Shown: positions 47,430 to 47,811 of the stretch, piece by piece
Layout: every line of letters begins with the position of its first letter
Numbering within the stretch: position 1 is the stretch's first letter
Assembly: GCA_029250665.1 (NCBI GenBank)
Contig: JAQXEV010000034.1
Span: 1 to 47,811 of the forward strand
Source: Candidatus Thalassarchaeaceae archaeon
Lineage (GTDB): Archaea; Thermoplasmatota; Poseidoniia; Poseidoniales; Thalassarchaeaceae
Length of the DNA stretch: 47,811 nt
Direction: 5' to 3'
The notes under the pieces: model-generated
Database searches by the model: none
Seen by the model: only the letters and a program-made list of their open reading frames with translations
What the model was told of the DNA's origin: nothing
Position numbers and translations under genes: made by a program

Positions 47430-47811
47430 ATGCTACAACCCGACTGGGGGATGGCTCGGCTAGAGAGCCGAAGAAGGTCGTGACAAGCTGCGATAAGTCG
47501 CGGGGAGAGGCATGAATCTCATGGATCCGCGAATTGCCGAATGGGACCTCCTGGCGCTATGCGCCATTCCTATCAAAGGAAAGGGAACCCCCCGAACTGA
47601 AGCATCTCAGTAGGGGGAGGAAAAGAAATCAAACGAGATTCCGTAAGTAGTGGCGAATGAACACGGAATCGGACAAACCGAATCTCCTTGGGAAACCTTG
47701 GAGAGATGTGGGGTATGGACTGTCTCAGCCTAAATCATGGAAATGGAAATCGCCTGGAACGGCGTGCCACAGAGGGTGAAAGCCCCGTACATGCAAATGA
47801 TATGGTTATGT
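47430..47811 (+). rRNA. rrl: 23S rRNA, 5' part (truncated by window end; 5' end approximate)
   Basis: Conserved LSU domain I motifs GGATGGCTCGGC, GCCGAAGAAGG, AGCTGCGATAAG, GAACTGAAGCATCTCAGTA, GAAAAGAAATCAA, AGTAGTGGCGAA and GGGTGAAAGCCCCGTA. Confidence 0.96.

Noticed and set aside
47166..47483. 105-aa ORF before and overlapping the 23S gene
   Set aside because: It overlaps the rRNA and its structured leader, so it is likely spurious.

Overview
Gene-dense archaeal chromosomal segment, most consistent with Marine Group II (Poseidoniales, Thermoplasmatota). This assignment is inferred from archaeal-type rps15, GluRS, PheRS-beta, type II GAPDH, Rpp21 and ArcS, many large acidic secreted or membrane-anchored proteins, and a 23S rRNA gene with no 16S upstream. 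Housekeeping genes (dnaJ, arcS, rps15, gltX, rnhB, pheT, gap, adk, rnp4, yhbY, trhO-like) are interspersed with two S8 proteases, a beta-helix/Ig surface protein, a ~1900-aa Ca-binding repeat protein, an SGNH-Ig protein and a wHTH-STAND-TPR protein. I saw no mobile element, CRISPR array or tRNA. The strongest unexplained signal is seven intergenic GC-rich perfect hairpins whose arms differ but which all have a C-GNA-G triloop, most lying just upstream of TATA-like boxes. Also notable are a pyroglutamyl peptidase-NUDIX fusion, an apparently inactive DHH/RecJ remnant, a rearranged Fe-S-less glutamate-synthase-like protein, and Trp/Pro or Zn-ribbon cytoplasmic tails on surface proteins. All calls come from reading motifs by eye; no searches were run.
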